Shown: positions 35,926 through 45,859 of the stretch, piece by piece
Position numbering within the stretch: the stretch's first letter is position 1
How the letters are laid out: the number at the start of each line of letters is the position of its first letter
Source: a virus
Taxonomy: Duplodnaviria; Caudoviricetes
Strand: one strand, 5' to 3'
Virus record (IMG/VR): IMGVR_UViG_3300014205_000180
Location: 1 to 64,000 of that record
DNA length: 64,000 nt
Notes under the pieces: generated by a model
Database searches by the model: none
Seen by the model: the letters and a program-made list of their open reading frames with translations, nothing else
Told to the model about the DNA's origin: nothing
Position numbers and translations under genes: made by a program

Positions 35926-36573
35926 ATGAATACTCAAGAAAAATCAACGGCTAAAATATACTCATTAATATCAACTTCATATTCTGTAGCTTTAGGTAAA
36001 TTAGGTGCTAAAATTAATGACAAATTCAAAAATGACTATATATCAATATTTAAAAATGTTATAGATAGATATTCTGAACCACATAGATCGTTTCACAATA
36101 TCAAACACATAGAGCATGTTTTAAAGAATTTAAAGACAGACAGACCAGAAGTAATATTAGCTGTAATATATCATGATATCATTTACGTTCCTGGCTCAGA
36201 ACATAATGAATATTGTTCATCACAATTGGCAGCAAAACACTTAGTTGAGCTTGGTGTGAAATTCAATACTATTATGGTGATTTCTCAACATATTTTATCA
36301 ACTAAACAACACATTCCAAATGATCTGATCGGTAGTGAAGAATTAATCGATGCTGATCTTAGCATATTGGCAACAAGTAAACCTGTATTCAATAAATATT
36401 GTTATGATATAAGACTTGAATACCCGCACTTATCAGAGCAGGAATTCAATTCAGAAAGATGCCGTTGGGCGCTTGGACAGCTTGGACGTTTAAAGATCTT
36501 CCACAGTAAGAAAAATCGTAATCTTGAAGCAATTGCTAGAAAAAACTTGAGGACTTTAACTAATAATGAGTAA
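35926..36573 (+). CDS. HD-superfamily phosphohydrolase (COG4339-like)
   Basis: YSEPHRSFHNIKH, YHDIIY, DADLSIL and IRLEY motifs. Confidence 0.85.
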   Translation: MNTQEKSTAKIYSLISTSYSVALGKLGAKINDKFKNDYISIFKNVIDRYSEPHRSFHNIKHIEHVLKNLKTDRPEVILAVIYHDIIYVPGSEHNEYCSSQLAAKHLVELGVKFNTIMVISQHILSTKQHIPNDLIGSEELIDADLSILATSKPVFNKYCYDIRLEYPHLSEQEFNSERCRWALGQLGRLKIFHSKKNRNLEAIARKNLRTLTNNE

Positions 36574-36934
36574 ATGGGACAGCCCAGCTACATCAACTAT
36601 AAATCCATTCAGAACGCATCGTAGCACAAAAAGCTGTGACAGTGCAACAAAACGATCATTAAAGTATCAAGTAATTCGAACTGTTATACAATGCAATCAT
36701 AGATTTGTTAATGATTGGCCAACTGAAGGCCCAAATCCATGGATGTGGTATGTTTATCAACATAGACGCCCAATGCCACAGGTTCGCAATATGACATATG
36801 AGGAACCGATAAGATTTTATTATGGAAAAACCATGATGTTTGGGCCATTAGGCATGGGTCGCAACATCATGCAAGCTATGAAAGATTTTAAACGTAAACT
36901 AGCATGGGCAGAACGTGGGAAACAAACTCTTTAA
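36566..36934 (+). CDS. hypothetical protein
   Basis: 122-aa ORF overlapping the HD gene. Confidence 0.6.
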   Translation: MSKWDSPATSTINPFRTHRSTKSCDSATKRSLKYQVIRTVIQCNHRFVNDWPTEGPNPWMWYVYQHRRPMPQVRNMTYEEPIRFYYGKTMMFGPLGMGRNIMQAMKDFKRKLAWAERGKQTL

Positions 36935-37464
36935 AATGGTGGTTCGTCACTAGGTATAAAAGGTGGAGGAAATTTTGGAGGAAAACTGATTGTTTCTTGA
37001 ATATATGATTTTTTGATTTTAACCTTGACTATCCACATAATTTTCCCATTTACTTCAGTTGTTGTAATTTCAACATATTGCCCATCTTTAATATTATCTT
37101 TAGTTATTTGTTTTACACGTTCCCAATCATCGACCATAGTTCCATTTTCGTTTATTTTTATTGCCTTAACAGTTCTTCTACCAAGCTGAATTGGGCCAAA
37201 TGGCGATTTTTTATTATCATTCTCCTTAGGATCGCGAATACAATTGTGTATTTCGCCATTTATATTGTGTAGCCTCCATCCATACTTAGTATTTTGCCAA
37301 TGCAAATTATTAGTTCCGCATCTGGTGCATGTTTTAATTGTTTTCTTAAAATGGTAACTTTCACTACATTCATCTGAACCATCAATTGAACCATCGTAGT
37401 AAAGATCTGCGTCGAGCTTTTGTTGAATTCCCAAATCAATAAAATAATCAGCCATATCACCCAT
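36931..37464 (-). CDS. hypothetical protein with zinc motif
   Basis: MGDMAD start, CTRCG...HNC motif and AAGGAGA SD. Confidence 0.7.
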   Translation of the reverse strand: MGDMADYFIDLGIQQKLDADLYYDGSIDGSDECSESYHFKKTIKTCTRCGTNNLHWQNTKYGWRLHNINGEIHNCIRDPKENDNKKSPFGPIQLGRRTVKAIKINENGTMVDDWERVKQITKDNIKDGQYVEITTTEVNGKIMWIVKVKIKKSYIQETISFPPKFPPPFIPSDEPPF

Positions 37465-37537
37465 ATAAATCTCCTTAATTTTTTAGCAAATTCCTTTACA
37501 CGATAAATAGTTATTATATAAAGGACCAGAGGATTAT

Positions 37538-38251
37538 ATGAACAGATATTGGATGATTAAAAATGATATGAAAGCTAGAATTGATTTACCCAATGCTGAT
37601 TCAGATGAATATAAATTTCTTACTAATAATGGATGGAAAGTAAGACTAGAAGAATTAATATGTACCGAAAATGAAATATACGAATTTCTTGATAAAAATG
37701 GTCCATCAGATTTTGAAACGATTAAAGCCGCATTTCCAAAGCATTCATCTTCAGAATTAACTCATACTATTGGAGTATTGGTCTATTCTGCAAAGACAGT
37801 TGATACAATGAATGGAATAAATGGCATGTCTGGCGTGTTTGTAACCGCTAGACATCAAAAGAATTGGGCTAATAAAATTCAGAAAAAAAGAAATGATAAT
37901 AAGCCAGTATCAATGTGCGACTTGCCGTGTCCTGATGTTGATCCAATATCAACAAATAACAAGACAAAAATTTCTGATATAGTTAATTCAACAATATCAA
38001 GTGATAAGTCAGAAACACCAGAAGCGGAACCTGAATCAACGCCAGATATTAAAGCATCTATTAATCTTCCAAAAATTGTCCAAAAGACATTACGTAAAAG
38101 TATCATAGAGAACGCAACTAGCCTCATAAACTTCAATTCATATATTTCAAATCTTAGTCCGGAACATCAGTGCTACTGGAACGAATATTTAGATGATTTT
38201 AAGAGAAAATTAATATTAACAGAAATCAAAAAGAAACTTACTCCAAAATAA
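37538..38251 (+). CDS. hypothetical protein with possible winged-helix domain
   Basis: IYEFLDKNGP...L pattern; GAGGA SD. Confidence 0.65.
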   Translation: MNRYWMIKNDMKARIDLPNADSDEYKFLTNNGWKVRLEELICTENEIYEFLDKNGPSDFETIKAAFPKHSSSELTHTIGVLVYSAKTVDTMNGINGMSGVFVTARHQKNWANKIQKKRNDNKPVSMCDLPCPDVDPISTNNKTKISDIVNSTISSDKSETPEAEPESTPDIKASINLPKIVQKTLRKSIIENATSLINFNSYISNLSPEHQCYWNEYLDDFKRKLILTEIKKKLTPK

Positions 38252-38284
38252 GAAAAAGAGTATTTAAGTAAACTAGAGGCATAC

Positions 38285-38773
38285 ATGTTAAGATATATTA
38301 AAGGTGATCTCTTTAAAAATATAGAAAAAACAGGTAAATCAGATAATAAATATATCTTTCACGTATCTAATAACATTGGCAAATGGGGAGCCGGTTTCAC
38401 TAGTTCACTTTCAAAGTTCAATAGGGAACCAGAAATTAGATATAGAGAATTCTGTTCAAAATATGCTACTTGGCCAGATAGCAAAAAATTCCTGCTCGGT
38501 AAGATCAATGTCGTTCCGCTCAGTGAAAATCTGACTGTTATTAATGCTATAGCTCAAAATGGTGTTAGAACACCAACTAATAAAATTCCTATTAGATATA
38601 CTGCCTTAGTTGATGCGATGAGGGCAGCTAGATCAATTGTAAAAACAGATCATGAATTTCATTGTCCAAAATTTGGTTCTGATTTAGCTGGTGGAGATTG
38701 GGATTTCATTGAGTCATTAATTAAAGAAATCTGGCTTACTAATATTAATAACGTATACATCTACACCATCTAA
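38285..38773 (+). CDS. macrodomain (ADP-ribose processing, Appr-1-p/Poa1/TARG-like)
   Basis: YIKGDLF, HVSNNIGKWGAGF, NAIAQ and CPKFGSDLAGGDW motifs. Confidence 0.85.
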   Translation: MLRYIKGDLFKNIEKTGKSDNKYIFHVSNNIGKWGAGFTSSLSKFNREPEIRYREFCSKYATWPDSKKFLLGKINVVPLSENLTVINAIAQNGVRTPTNKIPIRYTALVDAMRAARSIVKTDHEFHCPKFGSDLAGGDWDFIESLIKEIWLTNINNVYIYTI

Positions 38774-38781
38774 GGAACACC

Positions 38782-39012
38782 ATGCCTCAATACGTAGTAA
38801 AAGATTTTAAAGCCAACTTAAATGCTGAAGAACTTGAGAAAGTAATCAATGAATATTGTTCATCTGAAGGTGTTAAAATTATAAGCTGTGAATATATTAA
38901 ACATGAATTCAGAGATATTAATAAGATGCCTGAATTCAAGACTTTTATTAGATTGATAGGAGAAAAGAATATGGGAAAATCGCAAAAGCAACCTACGGTA
39001 TTAAAAGGTTGA
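38782..39012 (+). CDS. hypothetical protein
   Basis: 76-aa ORF with AAGGA SD. Confidence 0.6.
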   Translation: MPQYVVKDFKANLNAEELEKVINEYCSSEGVKIISCEYIKHEFRDINKMPEFKTFIRLIGEKNMGKSQKQPTVLKG

Positions 39013-39018
39013 TAATTC

Positions 39019-39663
39019 GTGGACTTAAAAGAATATTCATTAAACGATGGAAAAAATGAAATAAAGTTAACTAAAGTAATTTTAGACAAAAATGAATGGG
39101 ATTTGTTTTTATATAAGATGAAAAATGGTAAAGCATGGGTCAAAACAGGTAAAAATGCTTCAGAAATAAGTCAAATTCATTTGAATCAAATGAATAAAAA
39201 GAAGTGTGTTCCATTAATTGAAAATAATAAATTATTTAATAACTGCAATAGATTTATATCAGTAGTACATGGTGATCTAGGAAATCTTTATTTTAGACTA
39301 TATTGGGCGTTAAATGCATGTTCACAAACTTCAGAATATAAAAATGAATTGAAAAAATCGCCAGAAGATTTTTTTAAAGAATTCATAAAATGGTGGAAGA
39401 GTATAAAAAACACTAAACTAGCTGGATATATAGCATTATCAAAAACTACTGACTCAAGATTTAAAATAAACGATATGTCTGGTTTTATAGCTCAATCAAT
39501 AAATTATGACGAAAAAACAGAAATCAAAGATGAAAACGATTATGATAAATTGCATATAAAATATATAACTCCATGGGTTTTAGCTTCTGAAATATGTTTA
39601 TATCTAAGTTCTAATAGTATAATAAACCTACCAGATGATAAAGGATTCATGACAATCAAATAG
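39019..39663 (+). CDS. hypothetical protein
   Basis: 214-aa ORF. Confidence 0.65.
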   Translation: MDLKEYSLNDGKNEIKLTKVILDKNEWDLFLYKMKNGKAWVKTGKNASEISQIHLNQMNKKKCVPLIENNKLFNNCNRFISVVHGDLGNLYFRLYWALNACSQTSEYKNELKKSPEDFFKEFIKWWKSIKNTKLAGYIALSKTTDSRFKINDMSGFIAQSINYDEKTEIKDENDYDKLHIKYITPWVLASEICLYLSSNSIINLPDDKGFMTIK

Positions 39664-39675
39664 CAAATATATTTT

Positions 39676-39885
39676 ATGAACTTAAGACCGATGACTGTTG
39701 AATCTTATCTGAAAGATTCCAGCGAAACAAAAGAAATTAGTGCAACTACTCTTAAGGTAAAATTACATAGCTATTACACTAAAACATTCCAGCCAGTAAA
39801 TTATGAAAAAATATCATCAGTAATAAATGAGCTAGTTGAACAAGGGGTAATGTGTAAAAAAGGTGATAAATATATCTTATCTTAA
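39676..39885 (+). CDS. small winged-helix-like protein
   Basis: INELVEQGVMCKKGDKY wing motif. Confidence 0.55.
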   Translation: MNLRPMTVESYLKDSSETKEISATTLKVKLHSYYTKTFQPVNYEKISSVINELVEQGVMCKKGDKYILS

Positions 39886-39951
39886 ATTTTTTAAATTATA
39901 ATATTAATTAAGGACCTTTACTTGTTAAAAAAGGTCAGGAGATGATAAGTC

Positions 39952-40644
39952 ATGAACTTCACCGTTAATAATACTTCTATCAATATTAGTGCAAACGATA
40001 TTGATAGTGCGTCTAAGATCTTAAATGATGTTCGATGCAACAACAACTTCACCGTCCAGAAGGCGACCCAGACTAAGGGTTGCTGGTATATTTGGAATGT
40101 CATCCACAATGATGTACCGATCGCTTCGGTCAATGGCCGTAATGATTCGGAGGCTTCCCGAAACGCCAAAAAGTTATTCCAGTATGGCGATCTGGTTGAG
40201 ACGAATAAGGAATTCAAGGACCTTTCTGATAATAAGACTGATAGCCCAAAGCCTGATTTCGTTAAGCCATCTGAAATCAAGTATGTCTTCACCATTGGCG
40301 ATAGTGCCAAGACTCATGGTTTCTATGTCTTTGAAGCAACCTGCGCTGCAGAAGCATGGGATATTGGAACAGCTAAGTTTAATGATAATTTCCCGCAGGA
40401 TGCCGGAACACGCTTAGGTCTTTGGCAGCGTGTCCTTATCCCGGTTCATGCCAATCCAAATTGGATTGCGGCTGATTTCGCCAAGAATGTCAAGACACCA
40501 TCGCATTTTGCGGTTGACGTTCCTATCGGCCTCGGTCTGTCCAATGAAAAGTGGACTGGTCCTAGGGATGTTGTTAACACGAATGGTGGAGTGTTAGAAA
40601 ACGCCATCAAGAAGCCGGTCGATCATATTGCTAAGCAGGGGTGA
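39952..40644 (+). CDS. hypothetical protein (GC-richer)
   Basis: 230-aa ORF with AGGAGA SD. Confidence 0.7.
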   Translation: MNFTVNNTSINISANDIDSASKILNDVRCNNNFTVQKATQTKGCWYIWNVIHNDVPIASVNGRNDSEASRNAKKLFQYGDLVETNKEFKDLSDNKTDSPKPDFVKPSEIKYVFTIGDSAKTHGFYVFEATCAAEAWDIGTAKFNDNFPQDAGTRLGLWQRVLIPVHANPNWIAADFAKNVKTPSHFAVDVPIGLGLSNEKWTGPRDVVNTNGGVLENAIKKPVDHIAKQG

Positions 40645-40650
40645 TTCCAC

Positions 40651-40869
40651 ATGAAATGGATCGTGCAAGATCTAGATGGTGATAACGCTGATGACTACGA
40701 AGTCAGCGTTATCCATTCATCTTTCAAACAAGGTCTTGATTCACACGGTTGGGATGGGCCTAATAAAATATGTATGCCAACTGATGGATATAGCCGTAAA
40801 GAATGTATTAAACGTGCTAAAATTATTGCAAAAGCATTAAATAACTCCAATATTCCATATATATCATGA
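40651..40869 (+). CDS. hypothetical protein
   Basis: 72-aa ORF. Confidence 0.6.
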   Translation: MKWIVQDLDGDNADDYEVSVIHSSFKQGLDSHGWDGPNKICMPTDGYSRKECIKRAKIIAKALNNSNIPYIS

Positions 40870-41867
40870 CTACTACAGTAATGCATTTTTCTATCGCCGG
40901 AGACTGGCTCACTGATACTGTGCGGTCTTTATGGGCTGATGGAAAAATGAACAGGGCTATGGCTATTTTGGGTGATATTCGTGGTCTTGATGAAGCCACC
41001 AAAATGGAAATCATTTTGGGTAAAAAGAAATTTATCGGAGAAAGTGGTGATGATAACGGTCTTGAATTAGTAGATGATGATGCTACAGAAATAAATGGCG
41101 TACCATTGTTAACAGCCGAACAGATTTTCAAAAAGAAAGAGGATGAACTTAACGATCGGGAGAAAATAATCGAAGCTAAAGAAGATTGGGTTAATGGTCA
41201 AACCGAAAAAATCTCTAGCCAATGGGGTTTAATTAAGGTACCAAGATCACTTCTAACTAAAGGATACAGAAAAGGTAGCGGCTCACCATATTTTTATCTC
41301 GAAGATGAAAATAAAAAAATATATGAAAGTCTATTTTCTGAAGAAATAGAAGAAGCAAAAAGTAGGCTTCAAGTTTTGATTAATGAGCGAATGATGCGTG
41401 ATCGAATGTTCATAGCTGGATTAAACCCTGCTGCTATTGATAAAATTCATGCTTCTGGAAATACTATTCTAGACACTGTTTTAAAAGGTGGTTTTGAACA
41501 GGAATTTAGAGAGCCGTTCAAAGAACATGCTCCGCTTCATGAACCAGAACCTGAGAAAGTAAAACCGGATAAAAAGTTAAATGGGTTAAATGGTTGGATT
41601 TCACCAAATGGAGAATTTTATTCCTGCGGATTTATGGGTCATATTAAACTGGCATCTGACCTTAATGCTACTGAAGGTGAATTAGAAAAATTATGGGTTA
41701 AGGTCCAAAATGTTAATGAGCCATTAGCATTAATACCAAGAGAAGGCAAAAGCGACTTTACTAGTATTCCATATGATGGAGTAACTCAGGCTCAGTATGA
41801 TACAATGTGCAAATGGAGTATAAAGCACAAGCGTCCATCGCCAGATGATATTAAAATAAAAGATTGA
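40866..41867 (+). CDS. conserved phage protein with GWISPxGxFYxC...H motif
   Basis: 333 aa; GWISPNGEFYSCGFMGH and TQAQ motifs. Confidence 0.7.
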   Translation: MTTTVMHFSIAGDWLTDTVRSLWADGKMNRAMAILGDIRGLDEATKMEIILGKKKFIGESGDDNGLELVDDDATEINGVPLLTAEQIFKKKEDELNDREKIIEAKEDWVNGQTEKISSQWGLIKVPRSLLTKGYRKGSGSPYFYLEDENKKIYESLFSEEIEEAKSRLQVLINERMMRDRMFIAGLNPAAIDKIHASGNTILDTVLKGGFEQEFREPFKEHAPLHEPEPEKVKPDKKLNGLNGWISPNGEFYSCGFMGHIKLASDLNATEGELEKLWVKVQNVNEPLALIPREGKSDFTSIPYDGVTQAQYDTMCKWSIKHKRPSPDDIKIKD

Positions 41868-41884
41868 TCTGACAAATTTAATAC

Positions 41885-42382
41885 ATGGATAATTTGCGTA
41901 GGAAGATATTTAGCGCAATCGTTGACGGTAATGATCCATATAAATTATTTATATCAGAGTCTAAATTATTAACTGAAGCGCATCAGTGCTTGATGGAAGA
42001 AATAGTAAGTTGGATGTGGATTCAAATTCAACTAATAAAAGACCTACTTAATTTTAATGAAATTGATATTTGGGGACATGGTTTCGATTCTGATGTAGGT
42101 GATTGGTCTAATTATGACTTAAAAAGAAAACAGTTAATGGTAATGACATATTTAGATAAAATTGGTATACTGAAACAGCTTAGGGATCATATAAATAATA
42201 GTAAAGATACTGTCAGAGTTGGTACTAATGATTACGACATAAAAGAAATTGTTAGTAATTTCAAACCGCCATTAGTATCACCAGAATTCCTAAAAGAATT
42301 TAGAGAATCCAAAATTTATAAAGATTTATTAAATATCGCTCTAACTGGAATAAAGACTGGTCAAACTACTCTTCAGCCTTAG
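41885..42382 (+). CDS. hypothetical protein
   Basis: 165 aa with LLTEA motif. Confidence 0.65.
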   Translation: MDNLRRKIFSAIVDGNDPYKLFISESKLLTEAHQCLMEEIVSWMWIQIQLIKDLLNFNEIDIWGHGFDSDVGDWSNYDLKRKQLMVMTYLDKIGILKQLRDHINNSKDTVRVGTNDYDIKEIVSNFKPPLVSPEFLKEFRESKIYKDLLNIALTGIKTGQTTLQP

Positions 42383-42611
42383 TCTTTGTATAAGCATAAA
42401 AAGTTTTAGAATCTATAAAATCCATTTCTACAACTCCATCTTTATCACAATTTTGTATAGCCATAACGTCAGATTGGCTATCTGAACATTCAAAGCAGAT
42501 AGCTTTACCCAATAGCGAGAATCTTTCTTCTGTAACCTTATTTATTTTACATGATTCACATGTATAAGATTTAGACTTTTTAACCGGCTTTTTAGCTGGC
42601 TTTTTAGGCAT
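42366..42611 (-). CDS. DksA/TraR-like C4 zinc-finger protein
   Basis: CESC...EERFSLL...CFEC; paralogue of 3301-3519. Confidence 0.55.
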   Translation of the reverse strand: MPKKPAKKPVKKSKSYTCESCKINKVTEERFSLLGKAICFECSDSQSDVMAIQNCDKDGVVEMDFIDSKTFYAYTKTKAEE

Positions 42612-42629
42612 TTTATCTCCGAATTACGT

Positions 42630-43298
42630 TTAGTTTTGATCAATGATAGATTTAACATCTTTAACTATGCTATCAATATCACGATCAACCATAACTTCAT
42701 GAATATTACTTGGACTAATAAATTTATTTAACATAAACCTGATTTCAACATCTGTCTTAAATTCACTATAATAATTATAGACTCTCTTTAAATATTCATC
42801 GCCAGCAGATTCAAAACGATCTTTTCTATTACCTTGAATCTTATCTTGTTCAACAAGATTAGGTTTTTTAATTCTTGATTGGATCACATCAAAAGGTGCA
42901 TTGAATACTATTAGTTTATCAATTCTCCTTCTCCATCCGCAAGCGATAAGAAGATTGAACATCGCATCAATTTCTGCTAATGTTACGCCTTTAGCTCTTT
43001 GATAAACAGTGCTTGTGATATTAAGCCTATCACAAATAAGAAGTTGGTCTTGATTATGGTCGAAATTTTTGATATACTGATCATAAAAGCCAATAGCATC
43101 AGTAGCGAACAACGCAAGCTCTTGTGATCCACTAAGATTAAAATTACCAAATTTTAAAAGCTTTCTAAGCTCTTTACCAATTTCAGTTGATCCAGGATGG
43201 CTAGTCACAACTACATTTGGATATGATCCAAATAGAGATTTAATAATTGTACTCTTACCAACGCCATTGATTCCTTCTAAAACTACGATCTTTTGCAT
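42630..43298 (-). CDS. tmk: thymidylate kinase
   Basis: LEGINGVGKST, HPG, ICDR, YQ and DRFE motifs. Confidence 0.85.
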   Translation of the reverse strand: MQKIVVLEGINGVGKSTIIKSLFGSYPNVVVTSHPGSTEIGKELRKLLKFGNFNLSGSQELALFATDAIGFYDQYIKNFDHNQDQLLICDRLNITSTVYQRAKGVTLAEIDAMFNLLIACGWRRRIDKLIVFNAPFDVIQSRIKKPNLVEQDKIQGNRKDRFESAGDEYLKRVYNYYSEFKTDVEIRFMLNKFISPSNIHEVMVDRDIDSIVKDVKSIIDQN

Positions 43299-43306
43299 GT
43301 TATTCC

Positions 43307-44605
43307 TTAGTTTCCGAACTCAACTAATCTGGTGACACGGCACTGACTTGCACGATATACGATCATTTCATTATTATGAACAACCTCGCCAGCCCTTGCA
43401 AAGGTCGAGTCACAGCCATCCGGCGCTTTTTTCCAAGATCCGGAACTCTTAGGAATATATGGCTTACCCATCGCAACATCGTTAAGGAGCATATAGCACG
43501 TATTATCTTTTCTACCACCGCCCCAATATCCATAAGCGTAGTTTAAGCTCTTTGTCGATTGGTCTGAGAAGTATATTCCGTCACCGAACATGCGCCCAGC
43601 ATCGGCCCATGGCGGAATGATCAGACCACGTGACAGAATAGAAAGCAAATTACCAACACGGGTACCATGCCATAATTCTTTAACATTTCCAACCTTGGCC
43701 CCATCTTTATCAAAATTCTCATTCATATGAGATATTGTTAAAGTCCAGGCACGTTTTGGCTTTAATCCAGCCTGAGCCGCAGCGTGCATACTCTGGAAAG
43801 TAGAACGGAAATACTTATCAATACGCTTTAATTCATCACTATCAGTCGGCTTTAAACTAACATTCCAGGTGCGCTTCACTTCAACTTTAGGTTCATCCTT
43901 AGCTTGTGGCTGCGGCTTAGACAGCATATCAAGCGAACCAAGTAGAGCATCAAGAATCTGTTCCTGTTTATCAACTGAAGGTTTATCTGGAAAGACATTT
44001 TCAAAAGTTGGGCGATTACGACCAATATTGGTAGGAATTCTCATTAAATATTCACAAGCTAACTGATCTGCAGCATTTTCGGCTGATTTACTTCTTATAG
44101 TCGGGCCATTAAGAGTTACTTTAATCTTGCCCAATAAATCACGAGCATCATCAACTACCTGACGAGTAACAATGACTCCGCCATCAGTTTGGAACAAACC
44201 AGTAGAAGTGTTAACCTTGAGAGTAGTAGTGCTGGTAATGTCGCGTGTGTTACGATCAACAAGCATCGCAACTAAATCCTTTAATCCATTATCACCACCA
44301 GCAATTTCATCAATCGCCTTCTGTCGCACATCCTGTTTAGTAATAGCTGGTCCGTTTACTGTTCCGCTACCAGCATCGGCTGCTACTTCAATTTGTTTAT
44401 ATCCCTTACGCAACGATTCCTTTAATTTCTTCTGCATCTTGGCTTCTGGGTCAAGCTGGGAACTTCCAGCATCACCAACACGCCCCCATGAGTGAAGCCA
44501 CTGTCCGTCAGATTGTTTAATCCACTTATGAAATTTATTGCTATTACTTTCAGAAGTGGTGGTTGGGCCAGTCGACGAACATACGATATAAATGACGTCA
44601 CTCAT
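43307..44605 (-). CDS. WGR-domain PARP-like ADP-ribosyltransferase
   Basis: SNKF...WGRVG WGR domain; catalytic LWHGT, GRMFGDGIYFS, KSLNY and NEMIVY (H-Y-E triad). Confidence 0.88.
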   Translation of the reverse strand: MSDVIYIVCSSTGPTTTSESNSNKFHKWIKQSDGQWLHSWGRVGDAGSSQLDPEAKMQKKLKESLRKGYKQIEVAADAGSGTVNGPAITKQDVRQKAIDEIAGGDNGLKDLVAMLVDRNTRDITSTTTLKVNTSTGLFQTDGGVIVTRQVVDDARDLLGKIKVTLNGPTIRSKSAENAADQLACEYLMRIPTNIGRNRPTFENVFPDKPSVDKQEQILDALLGSLDMLSKPQPQAKDEPKVEVKRTWNVSLKPTDSDELKRIDKYFRSTFQSMHAAAQAGLKPKRAWTLTISHMNENFDKDGAKVGNVKELWHGTRVGNLLSILSRGLIIPPWADAGRMFGDGIYFSDQSTKSLNYAYGYWGGGRKDNTCYMLLNDVAMGKPYIPKSSGSWKKAPDGCDSTFARAGEVVHNNEMIVYRASQCRVTRLVEFGN

Positions 44606-44627
44606 GGGATACCTCGTCAGGTTGTTA

Positions 44628-45035
44628 TTATCGGGTGTGAATAAACTTAGATTCCTCTACATAAATATGGAACACAGCAGTACGAGTAGGATCACTACGC
44701 CTAGGGCGCACTACTGTCCCAACGAATTTCATTCCGTTTGATGCGAATTCGCCGGTTGGAACAACTTCGAATTTAATATTAACAGTAGGCCAGCAATCTT
44801 CATCAAATCCAGCATTGGAAAGAATATCTTTCATGCCTGATACTTCTGGTGTTTCAAACCAAACAACCGGCGTGCTTCTTTGAATGCCAACAGATAAAAT
44901 TGTAGCACATAGTGGCAAATTAAGAATAGTAACCTTATCAGGAATTTCAAGCTTTAGTGTACGAGTTGGCATGACTATCTCCTGGTTAGAATGGTGGTTC
45001 GTCTTGTTTTTTATTCTTTTCATCAATTTCTTCAA
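44628..45035 (-). CDS. conserved phage small beta protein (start probably MPTRT)
   Basis: LPxxAxILSVxxQ...W...TG...VGTV...VFH pattern. Confidence 0.6.
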   Translation of the reverse strand: MKKLMKRIKNKTNHHSNQEIVMPTRTLKLEIPDKVTILNLPLCATILSVGIQRSTPVVWFETPEVSGMKDILSNAGFDEDCWPTVNIKFEVVPTGEFASNGMKFVGTVVRPRRSDPTRTAVFHIYVEESKFIHTR

Positions 45036-45149
45036 TTAGTTCTTTTGATAATTTATCTAATTCATCAATTGTTAATGTTTTGAATGATCTATCGAGTCCA
45101 ATAGATCTGAATTTTTGCAATAAAATATCAGACATTGAAATTTTATCGA

Positions 45150-45425
45150 TCATTTGATTTCCGTAAATCTTTTCATTGGTCCTCTATCAATTGTTGCAAT
45201 AGTTGAAAACCACATTTCTAATGGTCTTGCGTAAACATTTCTTTTTTCATCTGATCTATAAATAACAAGTTCTTTTCCAGTTTCAGAACATATAGCTATA
45301 CATATTATAGTGTATTGTCCACCTTTATAATGTTCCCAATGACTTCCAGGTTTTGGTAAGTCATAGATTATCTGATTTGTTGGAAAATCAGGCATGTTTT
45401 TTAAAATCCCAATATTCAACACCAC
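45150..45425 (-). CDS. DUF1653 family protein
   Basis: HYKGGQY, SET, LVIY and ARPLEMW motifs. Confidence 0.8.
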   Translation of the reverse strand: MVLNIGILKNMPDFPTNQIIYDLPKPGSHWEHYKGGQYTIICIAICSETGKELVIYRSDEKRNVYARPLEMWFSTIATIDRGPMKRFTEIK

Positions 45426-45852
45426 TAATATCGTTCAAATAATCCTTAATTATTTTAAAATCAGGAATCCAGTCATTTTTTACGTTAAATGTTTGCAATT
45501 TAACATGAGATCCACCATCTGGAAAAATAGCTGGACCATAAAATAATGTATCGTTAATATTAAATATAAAATATTTTGAATCATGATTCTCATTAATAAA
45601 ACATCCAACTCCGACTAAATTATTAGGATCAGCCAAGTCTGATTCTGATGCAGCAGACTTAAATTCATTTTTATTTGCTATTACCCAAAACTTATGATAC
45701 TTAGGATAAACAATTGAAAACGAATCACGAGAAAGATTTTTTGATGCTCCAATTGGTCTAATAGTAGATTCATTATCCTCCATAACCATGAATCTACTAT
45801 TATTATATTCTGGCACTTCAACAACAGAGTCAGCTATTATCGGGCAAATCAT
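45388..45852 (-). CDS. hypothetical protein
   Basis: 154-aa ORF. Confidence 0.6.
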   Translation of the reverse strand: MICPIIADSVVEVPEYNNSRFMVMEDNESTIRPIGASKNLSRDSFSIVYPKYHKFWVIANKNEFKSAASESDLADPNNLVGVGCFINENHDSKYFIFNINDTLFYGPAIFPDGGSHVKLQTFNVKNDWIPDFKIIKDYLNDISGVEYWDFKKHA

Positions 45853-45859
45853 TTAATAC

